The position numbers were made by a program, and so were the translations under genes. From the NCBI GenBank assembly GCA_041490525.1, contig JBGPTH010000004.1, forward strand, positions 17,635 through 81,634: 64,000 nucleotides of DNA. The letters are read 5' to 3'. The notes below the pieces were generated by a model. That model saw nothing but the letters and a program-made list of their open reading frames with translations. It did not search any database and was not told the DNA's origin. Source of the stretch: Nitrospiria bacterium (GTDB taxonomy: Bacteria; Nitrospirota; Nitrospiria; Nitrospirales; NS-4). Shown piece after piece: positions 1 to 8,003 of this stretch (positions are counted from its first letter, which is position 1; the number at the start of each line of letters is the position of its first letter).

Positions 1-1415
1 GGCTTGAACAGGCGGCCTTCTTGCGCCTCCAGCGTGAAGACCGGCATGAAGGCGATCGCGATCACGAGCAGCGAGGCGAAGATCGAAGGCCCGATCTCCT
101 TGGCGGAATCGATGAGCACTTGCGTCCGATCGCCGACGCTTCCGTTTCGCACCCATTCCTCCAGGCGATGGTGCGCGTTGTCCACTATGATGATGGCACC
201 ATCCACCATGTCTCCGATCGCGACGATGATGCCCCCGATGGACATGATGTTCATGCCGATCCCCATGAAGTACATCGGAATGAAGGCGAGCAGGACCGCC
301 AGGGGCAGCGTGAGGATCGGCAGGAGCGCGGAGCGGATGTGGAGAAGAAACCCGACGATCAGTACGCTGACGACGATCAGTTCTTCGGTCAGGTTCTCGT
401 TGGCCGTGGCGATAGACTCGCGGATGAGGTCGCTGCGATCATAGGTAGTCACGACCTTGACGCCCTTCGGCATCGAGGGCTCGATTTCCTTGAGCTTGGC
501 CTTGACCCGCTCGATGACCGTCATGGCGTTCTCCCCGAAACGCATAATGACGATCCCGCCGACCACCTCCCCCTGCCCGTCCAACTCCACCAACCCCCGC
601 CGCATGTCCGGGCCCAGCCGCACCGTCGCGACATCTCTTAATAATATCGGCGTCCCGTTCGGGTTTACGCCCACGGCGATCTTCTCGATATCGCCGACCG
701 ACTTGATATAGCCGCGCCCGCGGATCATGTACTCGATCCCGGAGAACTCCACGACCCGGCCGCCCACGTCGTTGTTGCTCATGCGGATCTTCTCGATGAT
801 CTCGGGGAGTGAGAGCCTGTAGGCCAGGACCTTCGTGGGGTCCAGGTTCACCTGATACTGGCGGACAAATCCGCCGACGCTCGCCACCTCGGCGACGCCC
901 TCGACGCTTCGCAGCCAGTAGCGGAGGTACCAGTCCTGGAACGAGCGCAGCGAGGCGAGATCCTGCTGCCCTGTTTCATCCACAAGGGCATACTGGAACA
1001 CCCAGCCCACCGCCGTGGCATCCGGTCCGAGTTGAGGCGTGACCCCCTCCGGCAGCCGACCGGAAAGCTGGTTCATGTATTCCAGCACGCGACTTCTGGC
1101 CCAGTAGATGTCGGTGCCATCCTTGAACAGGACATAGACGTAGGAGTAGCCGAAGTCCGAGAAGCCCCGAACCGCCGTGACTTTGGGGGCGGACAAGAGC
1201 GCGGTCACGATGGGATAGGTGATCTGGTCCTCCACGAGGTCTGGGGAGCGGCCCATCCAGGTCGTGTAGACGATCACCTGGGTGTCGGAGAGGTCCGGCA
1301 AGGCATCCACCGGCGTGTGCTTCATCGCCCATAGGCCCGCCGCGGCGAGGCCGAAGACGAACAGGAACACGATGAACCTGTTCCGGGCGCTAAACTCTAT
1401 GATCCGTCCGACCAT
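1..1415 (-). CDS. CusA/CzcA-family heavy-metal efflux RND pump, N-terminal 471 codons (3-prime end lies beyond the left window edge)
   Basis: Absent from the ORF track because it is open at the edge. Hand translation from ATG 1415: MVGRIIEFSARNRFIVFLFVFGLAAAGLWAMKHTPVDALPDLSDTQVIVYTTWMGRSP... This is colinear with the 1061-aa paralog at 4815-8000. Confidence 0.85.
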   Translation of the reverse strand, partial: MVGRIIEFSARNRFIVFLFVFGLAAAGLWAMKHTPVDALPDLSDTQVIVYTTWMGRSPDLVEDQITYPIVTALLSAPKVTAVRGFSDFGYSYVYVLFKDGTDIYWARSRVLEYMNQLSGRLPEGVTPQLGPDATAVGWVFQYALVDETGQQDLASLRSFQDWYLRYWLRSVEGVAEVASVGGFVRQYQVNLDPTKVLAYRLSLPEIIEKIRMSNNDVGGRVVEFSGIEYMIRGRGYIKSVGDIEKIAVGVNPNGTPILLRDVATVRLGPDMRRGLVELDGQGEVVGGIVIMRFGENAMTVIERVKAKLKEIEPSMPKGVKVVTTYDRSDLIRESIATANENLTEELIVVSVLIVGFLLHIRSALLPILTLPLAVLLAFIPMYFMGIGMNIMSIGGIIVAIGDMVDGAIIIVDNAHHRLEEWVRNGSVGDRTQVLIDSAKEIGPSIFASLLVIAIAFMPVFTLEAQEGRLFK

Positions 1416-1431
1416 TCCACGCTCTGTATGG

Positions 1432-1482
1432 CGTTAAACGTGAATCGTTATTCGTTCAACGTTTAACGATTCACGTTTAACG
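1432..1482. repeat. Perfect 18-bp inverted repeat in the adaptor-pump intergenic spacer
   Basis: CGTTAAACGTGAATCGTT (1432-1449) pairs with AACGATTCACGTTTAACG (1465-1482) across a 15-nt spacer. Direct repeat ACGTTTAACGAT occurs at 1459-1470 and 1473-1484. The segment is AT-rich within GC-rich DNA. Confidence 0.9.
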
Positions 1483-1486
1483 ATCA

Positions 1487-2728
1487 CTAGTGCTTCATGC
1501 CCTGCATGGCTCCGACCGCCGCCTTCAGTTGGCTCTCGGAATCAATCAAAAAGTTCGCCGACGTCACGATGTGATCGCCTTCTTTGAGTCCTTCCAGCAC
1601 CTCCACCCAATCACCGGCTTTGGCGCCGAGCTTCACGTTCCGCCATTCGAGCTTGCCGCCTCCATGGTGGATGAAGATCACCTGGCGCTCGCCTGATTCC
1701 AGGACCGCGTCCCGTGGGATAGCCAGCCGGGTGCCGAGCGGAATGGCCAATTCCACATTGGCATACATATCCGGCTTGAGGGTCTCGCTGGGGTTGTCCA
1801 ACTCGAACCGGACCTTGGCGGTCCGCGTCTGCGGATCGAGCGTGGGGTAGATGAATCCGACTCTGGCGGTGAGCACGGTCCGCGGGTCGTAGGAGAGCGT
1901 GACCGTGGCCTGTTGCCCGACCTTGATGAACGGCAGCTCGTACTCATAGATATCGGCCATGATCCAAATGCGGGAGAGGTCGGCGATCGTGTAGAGTTCA
2001 TCGCCGGGGTTCACATGGATCCCGGCCAGGGCCACCTTCTTGATGACGGTCCCCGTGATCGGCGAATGGATGGGAAGGGTCTTGAGCACCTTGCCGGTCC
2101 GCTCCAGATCACGGATGTGGTCCTCGGTGATGTCCCAGAGCTGGAGGCGTCGGCGCGTGACATCCAGCAAGGATTTCGCCCCTTCGGCCACCTCAGGGAA
2201 TTCGCTCCCGCCCAACGCTCTCCCGCCCTTCAAGGCCAGGAGATACTCTTCCTGTGTGGCCACCAACTCGGGACTGTAAATGGTGAACAGAATCTGACCC
2301 TTCTTGACGTGGTCCCCCGTTGCGCTGACCAGCAGCTTGTCGATCCAGCCCTCCAGCTTGATGTTGACGCGCGCCAGTCGACGCTCGTCTATCTCGACCC
2401 GTCCCACCGTCCGTATCGCCTTCGCCAAGGGCTGCTGTTTCACCAGATCGAACTTCACGCCGATCGTCTGGAGTCGCTCGGGGCTGATCGTGATGGTGTT
2501 CGGGCCTGAACCCATCGCCGGCGGAGCCGTGGCGGGGGCTTCCTTTAGCTGGTCGGAAGCCGCGTGGGACGGCTGCTGGTGGTCAGGCTTCGGCGCGGTG
2601 CCCGGCGGAGCCGTCAGCATCGGCGTGGTCCGATCCGGCGCGATTCGTCCCAGATAGGCGAAGACAGCGGCGGCCACCGCGATCAGCACGGCCCCGCCAA
2701 GGAGGACATGGCGCATCCGGGCCGTCAT
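1487..2728 (-). CDS. Efflux RND periplasmic adaptor (CusB/MFP family)
   Basis: 413-aa ORF with an N-terminal TM/signal segment and a barrel-sandwich hybrid plus beta-barrel pattern, similar to the core of the 8004-9734 paralog. It overlaps the upstream OMF gene by 4 nt. Confidence 0.85.
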   Translation of the reverse strand: MTARMRHVLLGGAVLIAVAAAVFAYLGRIAPDRTTPMLTAPPGTAPKPDHQQPSHAASDQLKEAPATAPPAMGSGPNTITISPERLQTIGVKFDLVKQQPLAKAIRTVGRVEIDERRLARVNIKLEGWIDKLLVSATGDHVKKGQILFTIYSPELVATQEEYLLALKGGRALGGSEFPEVAEGAKSLLDVTRRRLQLWDITEDHIRDLERTGKVLKTLPIHSPITGTVIKKVALAGIHVNPGDELYTIADLSRIWIMADIYEYELPFIKVGQQATVTLSYDPRTVLTARVGFIYPTLDPQTRTAKVRFELDNPSETLKPDMYANVELAIPLGTRLAIPRDAVLESGERQVIFIHHGGGKLEWRNVKLGAKAGDWVEVLEGLKEGDHIVTSANFLIDSESQLKAAVGAMQGMKH

Positions 2729-3993
2729 TTGAAACCTCCCACCGTCTCTTCCAGCCTTGCCAGCGCTTTTTCGTGCTCGACCATCTCCCCGTGCAATTCC
2801 AGTTCGCTCTCTTGCAAGGTGAGGAGGCTGTTCAGCAAGGTCAGAAAATCAACCTTGCCGACCGCGTAGCCCGCGAGCGCCGATTGGAGCGCCAAGCCGG
2901 CCTGCGGGATGATGGCGTTCTTGAGCAGCGCGATCAGCCGCTCCGCCCGCTGCGCCTGGACCACGTTGTCCTTGACGCGGAAGAGGAGAGATTGCCGGGT
3001 GGTTTCGAGGTCCTTCCGCGCTCCCTCCAGCGAGGAGAGCGCCCCTTCGACGCCGGCCCGCTGCTTGCGCGCAAAGTAGAGAGGAACCTTGATGCCCAGA
3101 AGGGCTTGGTAGCTGTTGCCCATGGGATCGCCCTGGAGCGGCGGCGCGGCCGAGAAGTTGAGGGAAAAGTCCGGGAAATAGTCCCGGCGGGCCAGCGCCA
3201 CCCCGGTGTCCCCGCGCTCCACACCTTTGATCTGGGCCTTCAGTTCCGGCGACTGTCGCTCGGCCAGCGCGCTCATTTCGGCGATCCCGGCCGGCAGCGC
3301 CGTGAGAATAATTTCGGCCGGCCTGCCGAGCGGAGCGGCCGGCGGGCGATTCAGGTGGCGATTGATCTCGGCATGCATGCTTTCACGCCGCTGGTCCAAC
3401 ACCGCCAGCCGATCCAGCACGCGCGAGAGTTCCACCTGGGCGCGGAAGACGTCCTGCTGCGCCACCTTTCCCACCGCATAGCGCGCCTTGGCGGTCTTTT
3501 CGAAATCCTGCAGAAGCCCTTTGTTCTTCTCCACGATCTCAAGGGCCTTATGGACGAGATGGAGATCGAAGTACGCCTCCTTCACGCGGGCCACGACCCG
3601 CAGGCCAACGGCCGCATAGTCCGCCTCCATCCGCTCCGCCTCCCGGCCGGCCAGCTCCTCCCGAAGCTGCAGCTTGCCGGGGAACGGGACTTCCTGCATC
3701 ACGCCGAAGATGGTAACCGGCTCGGAGGCCAGAGACCCTCGGCTCATGTAGCCGCCGGAGATCACAGGGTCCGGCAGCGTGCCTACCTGCGGCACGACGG
3801 CCTTGGCGGCCTCCCACCGTTGGCGGGCGGCCTTGATTTCGGGATTGTTTTGCGTGGCCTCCTGAACGAGCGCGCCGAGATCAAGGACCGTCTCCGCCGA
3901 CGCATGCTTCTCGGCAGCTCCGGCAAGCTCAGTCCAGCCACCAAGCACAACGAGGCCCAATACCACACATAGTCCACGTCTGAGCCGTTTCAT
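2725..3993 (-). CDS. TolC-family outer membrane efflux protein
   Basis: 422-aa ORF with signal peptide MKRLRRGLCVVLGLVVLGGWTELAGAA and two TolC-like repeats. Paralog of 9731-11023. GGGGGAGAGG Shine-Dalgarno before the ATG. Confidence 0.85.
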   Translation of the reverse strand: MKRLRRGLCVVLGLVVLGGWTELAGAAEKHASAETVLDLGALVQEATQNNPEIKAARQRWEAAKAVVPQVGTLPDPVISGGYMSRGSLASEPVTIFGVMQEVPFPGKLQLREELAGREAERMEADYAAVGLRVVARVKEAYFDLHLVHKALEIVEKNKGLLQDFEKTAKARYAVGKVAQQDVFRAQVELSRVLDRLAVLDQRRESMHAEINRHLNRPPAAPLGRPAEIILTALPAGIAEMSALAERQSPELKAQIKGVERGDTGVALARRDYFPDFSLNFSAAPPLQGDPMGNSYQALLGIKVPLYFARKQRAGVEGALSSLEGARKDLETTRQSLLFRVKDNVVQAQRAERLIALLKNAIIPQAGLALQSALAGYAVGKVDFLTLLNSLLTLQESELELHGEMVEHEKALARLEETVGGFK

Positions 3994-4040
3994 GAGGTCC
4001 TCTCCCCCTTCTTCAGATGGTGCAAGGGACGTTCCCGCTT

Positions 4041-4071
4041 TGACCTTCCACTCGCAGATGAGGTAAGGTCA
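4041..4071. promoter_or_regulatory. Inverted repeat TGACCTT-N17-AAGGTCA upstream of the OMF gene (candidate operator)
   Basis: Perfect 7-bp arms at 4041-4047 and 4065-4071, 48 nt upstream of ATG 3993. Confidence 0.3.
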
Positions 4072-4317
4072 TCCAACCCACTGATATTGCGCGGCAATCA
4101 TCTCATTCAAAACTCACGATCCAGGAAACCCTGGAGCGTTTCGCTACAGCGCCGGCACCCGGCGATGTAGCAAGTGTCGTCAGTCTCCGATCGACAGACC
4201 AACCGTCCCGAGTACGCATGGTGTCTTTCCTCCTGGAAACACGTGCATGGGGGACGGAGCGAGTACGTCCCCAGGACATGTTCCACACAACAAAATGTTG
4301 GGAAAAAGGAGAAGAGA

Positions 4318-4572
4318 CTAGCGGGCGCGAGGAGGGTGGAACTGACCCCGGACCAGTGGACGAGGCGGTGAAACCGGAATCATCAATGACGACCAGCCGA
4401 GCAAGGTCAGGAGAAAGACCACCCCGCCGATAGACTCCGGCCCCATACAGGTGGCGCAGGAAGCGGTAGCGCCATGGTGAAGATGGCCTGTGATGCCATG
4501 GCCAACCCCCATGAGCGGGACCATGCAGACCACCGAAAGGGCAAGCATGCTGATGAGGATCACTCGAACCAT
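4318..4572 (-). CDS. Small two-TM Cys/His-rich membrane protein (hypothetical), probably leaderless
   Basis: 84-aa ORF MVRVILISMLALSVVCMVPLMGVGHGITGHLHHGATASCATC... Shares the C(L/M)VPL(Y/M)G motif with the 118-aa ORF heading the second RND operon. A good sigma-70 promoter ends 5 nt before its ATG. Confidence 0.45.
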   Translation of the reverse strand: MVRVILISMLALSVVCMVPLMGVGHGITGHLHHGATASCATCMGPESIGGVVFLLTLLGWSSLMIPVSPPRPLVRGQFHPPRAR

Positions 4573-4577
4573 GGCTC

Positions 4578-4606
4578 ATTCTACGAGCGGCGCACGGCGT
4601 GGTCAA
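4578..4606 (-). promoter_or_regulatory. Sigma-70-type promoter TTGACC-N17-TAGAAT
   Basis: Read on the minus strand: -35 at 4606-4601, -10 at 4583-4578. The ATG at 4572 lies 5 nt after the -10 box, implying a leaderless mRNA. Confidence 0.45.
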
Positions 4607-4680
4607 CTGCTCTTCTCGATGATACGACGAAAGGACCGGGACCCGCCCCTGGCGGTCCATTGTTTCTGCCTCGTCGTTGA

Positions 4681-4818
4681 CTAGCGTTTCAATTGTTTCC
4701 CAATGACGATGACGAGCAAGACGATGACCAGAATCCCAACGAGCGTCCAGATAAAACCAGAAATTCCCATCCAGCCCATCATGCCGTCCATCATCCCGCC
4801 ACCCATTTGCATCATCAT
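4681..4818 (-). CDS. 45-aa Met/Gly-rich single-TM mini-protein
   Basis: Below the track threshold. Hand translation: MMMQMGGGMMDGMMGWMGISGFIWTLVGILVIVLLVIVIGKQLKR. Its ATG overlaps the RND pump TGA stop (ATGA, 4815-4818). Confidence 0.5.
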   Translation of the reverse strand: MMMQMGGGMMDGMMGWMGISGFIWTLVGILVIVLLVIVIGKQLKR

Positions 4819-7800
4819 GTCGAAGTCTCCTTTGATTGAAAGACCGACTTGTCTATCTGCCCTTTTCCATTACCGGCCTCAATGCTGACCCGCTGAAGTT
4901 GTTTAACCTCTCTCCACCGCCACAAGGCATAAAGGGCTGGTATCACGAGCAGGGTCAGAATCGTCGAGCTGACCATCCCGCCGATCATGGGGGCCGCAAT
5001 GCGCTTCATCACGTCGGCGCCCGTGCCCGTGGTCCACATGATCGGCAGCAGGCCGCCCATGATCGCGGCCACCGTCATCATCTTGGGCCGCACCCGTTGG
5101 ACCGCGCCTTCTAAAATGGATTCGCGCAGGTCCTGCGCCGTGGCCATCCGGCCTTCCCGCACGCGCCGCTCGTAAGCCTCGTCCAGATAGACCAACATGA
5201 CGACTCCGGTCTCGGCCGCCACGCCGGCCAGCGCGATGATCCCCACCCAGACTGCCACGCTCAGGTTGTAGCCCAGGTATTCCAGGTACCAGATTGCCCC
5301 AATCGCGGCAAAGGGGACGGACAGCAGCACGATCAGGGACTTAACCAGCGAGCGGAAGTTGAGATAGAGCAACAGCAAGATCAGACCGAGGGTCACGGGA
5401 ACCACCAGCTTCAACCGCTCCTCAGCCCGGACGAGATGCTCGTATTGCCCCGTCCAGCGCAGCGTATAGCCTGGCGGAAGCGTGACGCGCTCGCGGACCG
5501 CCCGCTGGGCGTCCTCGACGTAGCCGCGCAGGTCGCGCCCGCTGACCGCGATCGACACGAGACCGGATAGGGCCCCGCTCTCATCGGAGATCGACGGCGG
5601 CCCTTTGATGATGACGATCTCGGCGATTTGCCCCAGCGGAATCTGCGCGCCGCTCGGCGTGGGGATCAGCACGCGCTTGAGCCGATCCGGGTCGTCCCGC
5701 AATTCGCGCTTATAGCGGACATTCACCGGATACCGCTCGCGCCCTTCGACTGTTGTCGTCACGGTCTCCCCGCCGATTGCCGAGGTGATGACCGATTGCA
5801 CGTCGCCGACCGTCAGACCATAGCGGGCCGCCTCGCGTCGGTTCACGATCAGGTCCAGGTAGTACCCCTCGTTCAACCGCTCCGCAAAGGCGCTCCGCGT
5901 GCCGGGCACGCTCGCGAGCGCGCGTTCGATCTCCAAGCCGATGGCTTCAATCGTCTTGAGGTCCGGTCCCAGCACTTTGATTCCGACTGGACTCCGCACG
6001 CCGGTCGTGATCATCTCGGTCCGGGTCTGGATCGGCATCCACCAGATGTTCGGAAAGCCCGGAATGCGCAGGCGTGCGTCCATCTCGTCCAGCAGGCGGT
6101 CCCAGGTCATCCCTGGTCGCCATTGCGCCTCTGGCTTGAGGGACACCGTGATCTCGGCCATCCCGGTGAAGGCCGGGTCGGTCGCGGTCGGCGCCTTGCC
6201 CATTTTCCCGAACACCCGTTCCACTTCTGGGAACGTCGTCAGCAGCCGATCCTGAGTTTGCAAGACTTTGACGGCCTCGGTGATCGAGAGGCCGGGCACG
6301 GTAGTCGGCATGTAGAGAATCGTCCCTTCATTGAGGGGTGGCATGAACTCACCGCCGAGCCGCGTGAACACCGGCACCGTGAGTCCCACAGCGACCACCG
6401 CGAGCGCGAGCGTGAGCCAGCGGACGCGGAGCGCGCCCGATAGGATGGGCCGATAGAGTGTGAGCAGCAACCAGTTCAGCGGATTCCGCGTCTCCGCCCG
6501 GATGCGGCCGCGGATCAGAACGACCATTAAGACCGGCGCCAGCGTCACCGACAGCGCCGTCGCGAAGAGCATGGCGAAGGTTTTGGTGTAGGCGAGCGGC
6601 GCGAACAGGCGGCCCTCCTGGGCTTCCAGAGCGAAGATGGGCAGGAACGACACCGCGATCACCAGCAGCGAGAAGAACAATGGCCGCCCGACTTCTTTCG
6701 CAGCGACGATGATGGTCTCCGTGCGGTCTGCGGATGGCGATTGCTCCAGCCGCTTGTGGGCGTTCTCGACCATGACGATGGCCGCGTCCACCATGGCACC
6801 GATCGCGATGGCGATCCCGCCGAGCGACATGATGTTGGAAGTGACTTTGAGGTACGCCATCGGGATGAAGGCCAGGAGGACCGCCGCCGGCAGGATGAGG
6901 ATGGCCACCAGCGCGCTGCGCAGGTGAAAGAGGAACAGCAGCGCGACAAGACTCACGATGACGCTCTCCTCCACCAGCTTCTCGCGAAGCACGGCAATCG
7001 CCCGATGGATGAGGTCCGAGCGGTCATAGGTCGGGATGATGCGCACGCCCTTCGGCAGCGCCTGCTTGATCTCATCCAGCCGCACCTTCACCCGCTCGAT
7101 CACGGCCAGCGCGTTCTCGCCGGCCCGCATAATCACGATGCCGCCGACGGTCTGGCCCTTCCCGTCCAGCTCGGCGATGCCCCGCCGCTGGTCCGGGCCG
7201 ATTTGGACCCGGGCAATGTCCCGGACCAGGATGGGCGTGCCGCGCCGATCCGTGCCGACCGGGACCAGCTCGATGTCCTCGATCGAGCGCAGATAACCCC
7301 GTCCGCGGACGACATACTCGGTGCCAGCCATCTCCAGCACGCGGCCGCTCACTTCTGCGTTGCTGTTGCGGACCGCCTCGATGACGGTCTTAATCGGCAA
7401 CCGATAGGCCGCCAGCGTGTTGGGGTCCACCTCGATCTGATACTGCTTGACGAACCCGCCGATTGCCGCCACCTCGGCCACTCCGGGCACGCTTTCCAAC
7501 TGGTAGCGCAGGTACCAATCCTGCAGACTCCTGAGTTGCGCCAGGTCATGTGTGCCGGACTCGTCCACCAAGGCGTACTGATAGACCCACCCGACGCCGG
7601 TGGCGTCCGGGCCCAGGGTCGGAGAGACCCCCACCGGCAGTTTGCCGGTGAGCTTCTGCATGTACTCCAGCACACGACTCCTGGCCCAGTAGAGATCGGT
7701 CCGGTCTTCGAATATGACATACACGTAAGAGACGCCGTACTCCGACACCCCGCGCACGCGCTTGACTCTCGGGCCCGCCAGCATGGACGTGACGATCGGA

Positions 7801-8000
7801 TATGTGACCTGGTCCTCAATGAGCGTGGGGCTTCGGCCCGGCCACTCGGTGTAGATGATCACCTGAACATCGGAGAGGTCCGGAATGGCATCCAGCGGGA
7901 CCTCAAACACCGCCCACGCCCCCCAGGCGGCCAGCAACACCACAAACAGAATCACCAGGACGGGGTTCCGGGCGCTGTGTTCGATAAGGCGCGCGATCAT
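4815..8000 (-). CDS. CusA/CzcA-family heavy-metal efflux RND pump
   Basis: 1061-aa ORF with 12-TM RND architecture and a typical HME-RND N-terminus, MIARLIEHSARNPVLVILFVVLL... Confidence 0.9.
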   Translation of the reverse strand: MIARLIEHSARNPVLVILFVVLLAAWGAWAVFEVPLDAIPDLSDVQVIIYTEWPGRSPTLIEDQVTYPIVTSMLAGPRVKRVRGVSEYGVSYVYVIFEDRTDLYWARSRVLEYMQKLTGKLPVGVSPTLGPDATGVGWVYQYALVDESGTHDLAQLRSLQDWYLRYQLESVPGVAEVAAIGGFVKQYQIEVDPNTLAAYRLPIKTVIEAVRNSNAEVSGRVLEMAGTEYVVRGRGYLRSIEDIELVPVGTDRRGTPILVRDIARVQIGPDQRRGIAELDGKGQTVGGIVIMRAGENALAVIERVKVRLDEIKQALPKGVRIIPTYDRSDLIHRAIAVLREKLVEESVIVSLVALLFLFHLRSALVAILILPAAVLLAFIPMAYLKVTSNIMSLGGIAIAIGAMVDAAIVMVENAHKRLEQSPSADRTETIIVAAKEVGRPLFFSLLVIAVSFLPIFALEAQEGRLFAPLAYTKTFAMLFATALSVTLAPVLMVVLIRGRIRAETRNPLNWLLLTLYRPILSGALRVRWLTLALAVVAVGLTVPVFTRLGGEFMPPLNEGTILYMPTTVPGLSITEAVKVLQTQDRLLTTFPEVERVFGKMGKAPTATDPAFTGMAEITVSLKPEAQWRPGMTWDRLLDEMDARLRIPGFPNIWWMPIQTRTEMITTGVRSPVGIKVLGPDLKTIEAIGLEIERALASVPGTRSAFAERLNEGYYLDLIVNRREAARYGLTVGDVQSVITSAIGGETVTTTVEGRERYPVNVRYKRELRDDPDRLKRVLIPTPSGAQIPLGQIAEIVIIKGPPSISDESGALSGLVSIAVSGRDLRGYVEDAQRAVRERVTLPPGYTLRWTGQYEHLVRAEERLKLVVPVTLGLILLLLYLNFRSLVKSLIVLLSVPFAAIGAIWYLEYLGYNLSVAVWVGIIALAGVAAETGVVMLVYLDEAYERRVREGRMATAQDLRESILEGAVQRVRPKMMTVAAIMGGLLPIMWTTGTGADVMKRIAAPMIGGMVSSTILTLLVIPALYALWRWREVKQLQRVSIEAGNGKGQIDKSVFQSKETST

Positions 8001-8003
8001 GAA

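Noticed and set aside
4041-4071. Calling the TGACCTT/AAGGTCA repeat a CueR/MerR-type promoter
   Set aside because: MerR-family operators sit within a 19-20 bp -35/-10 spacer with about 7 nt between half-sites. Here the arms are 17 nt apart, and no -10 box follows at the right distance.
4103-4660. 185-aa ORF and other overlapping ORFs in the 4.0-4.7 kb spacer
   Set aside because: The translations are low-complexity with no ribosome-binding site. They overlap the better-supported 84-aa leaderless ORF and its promoter.
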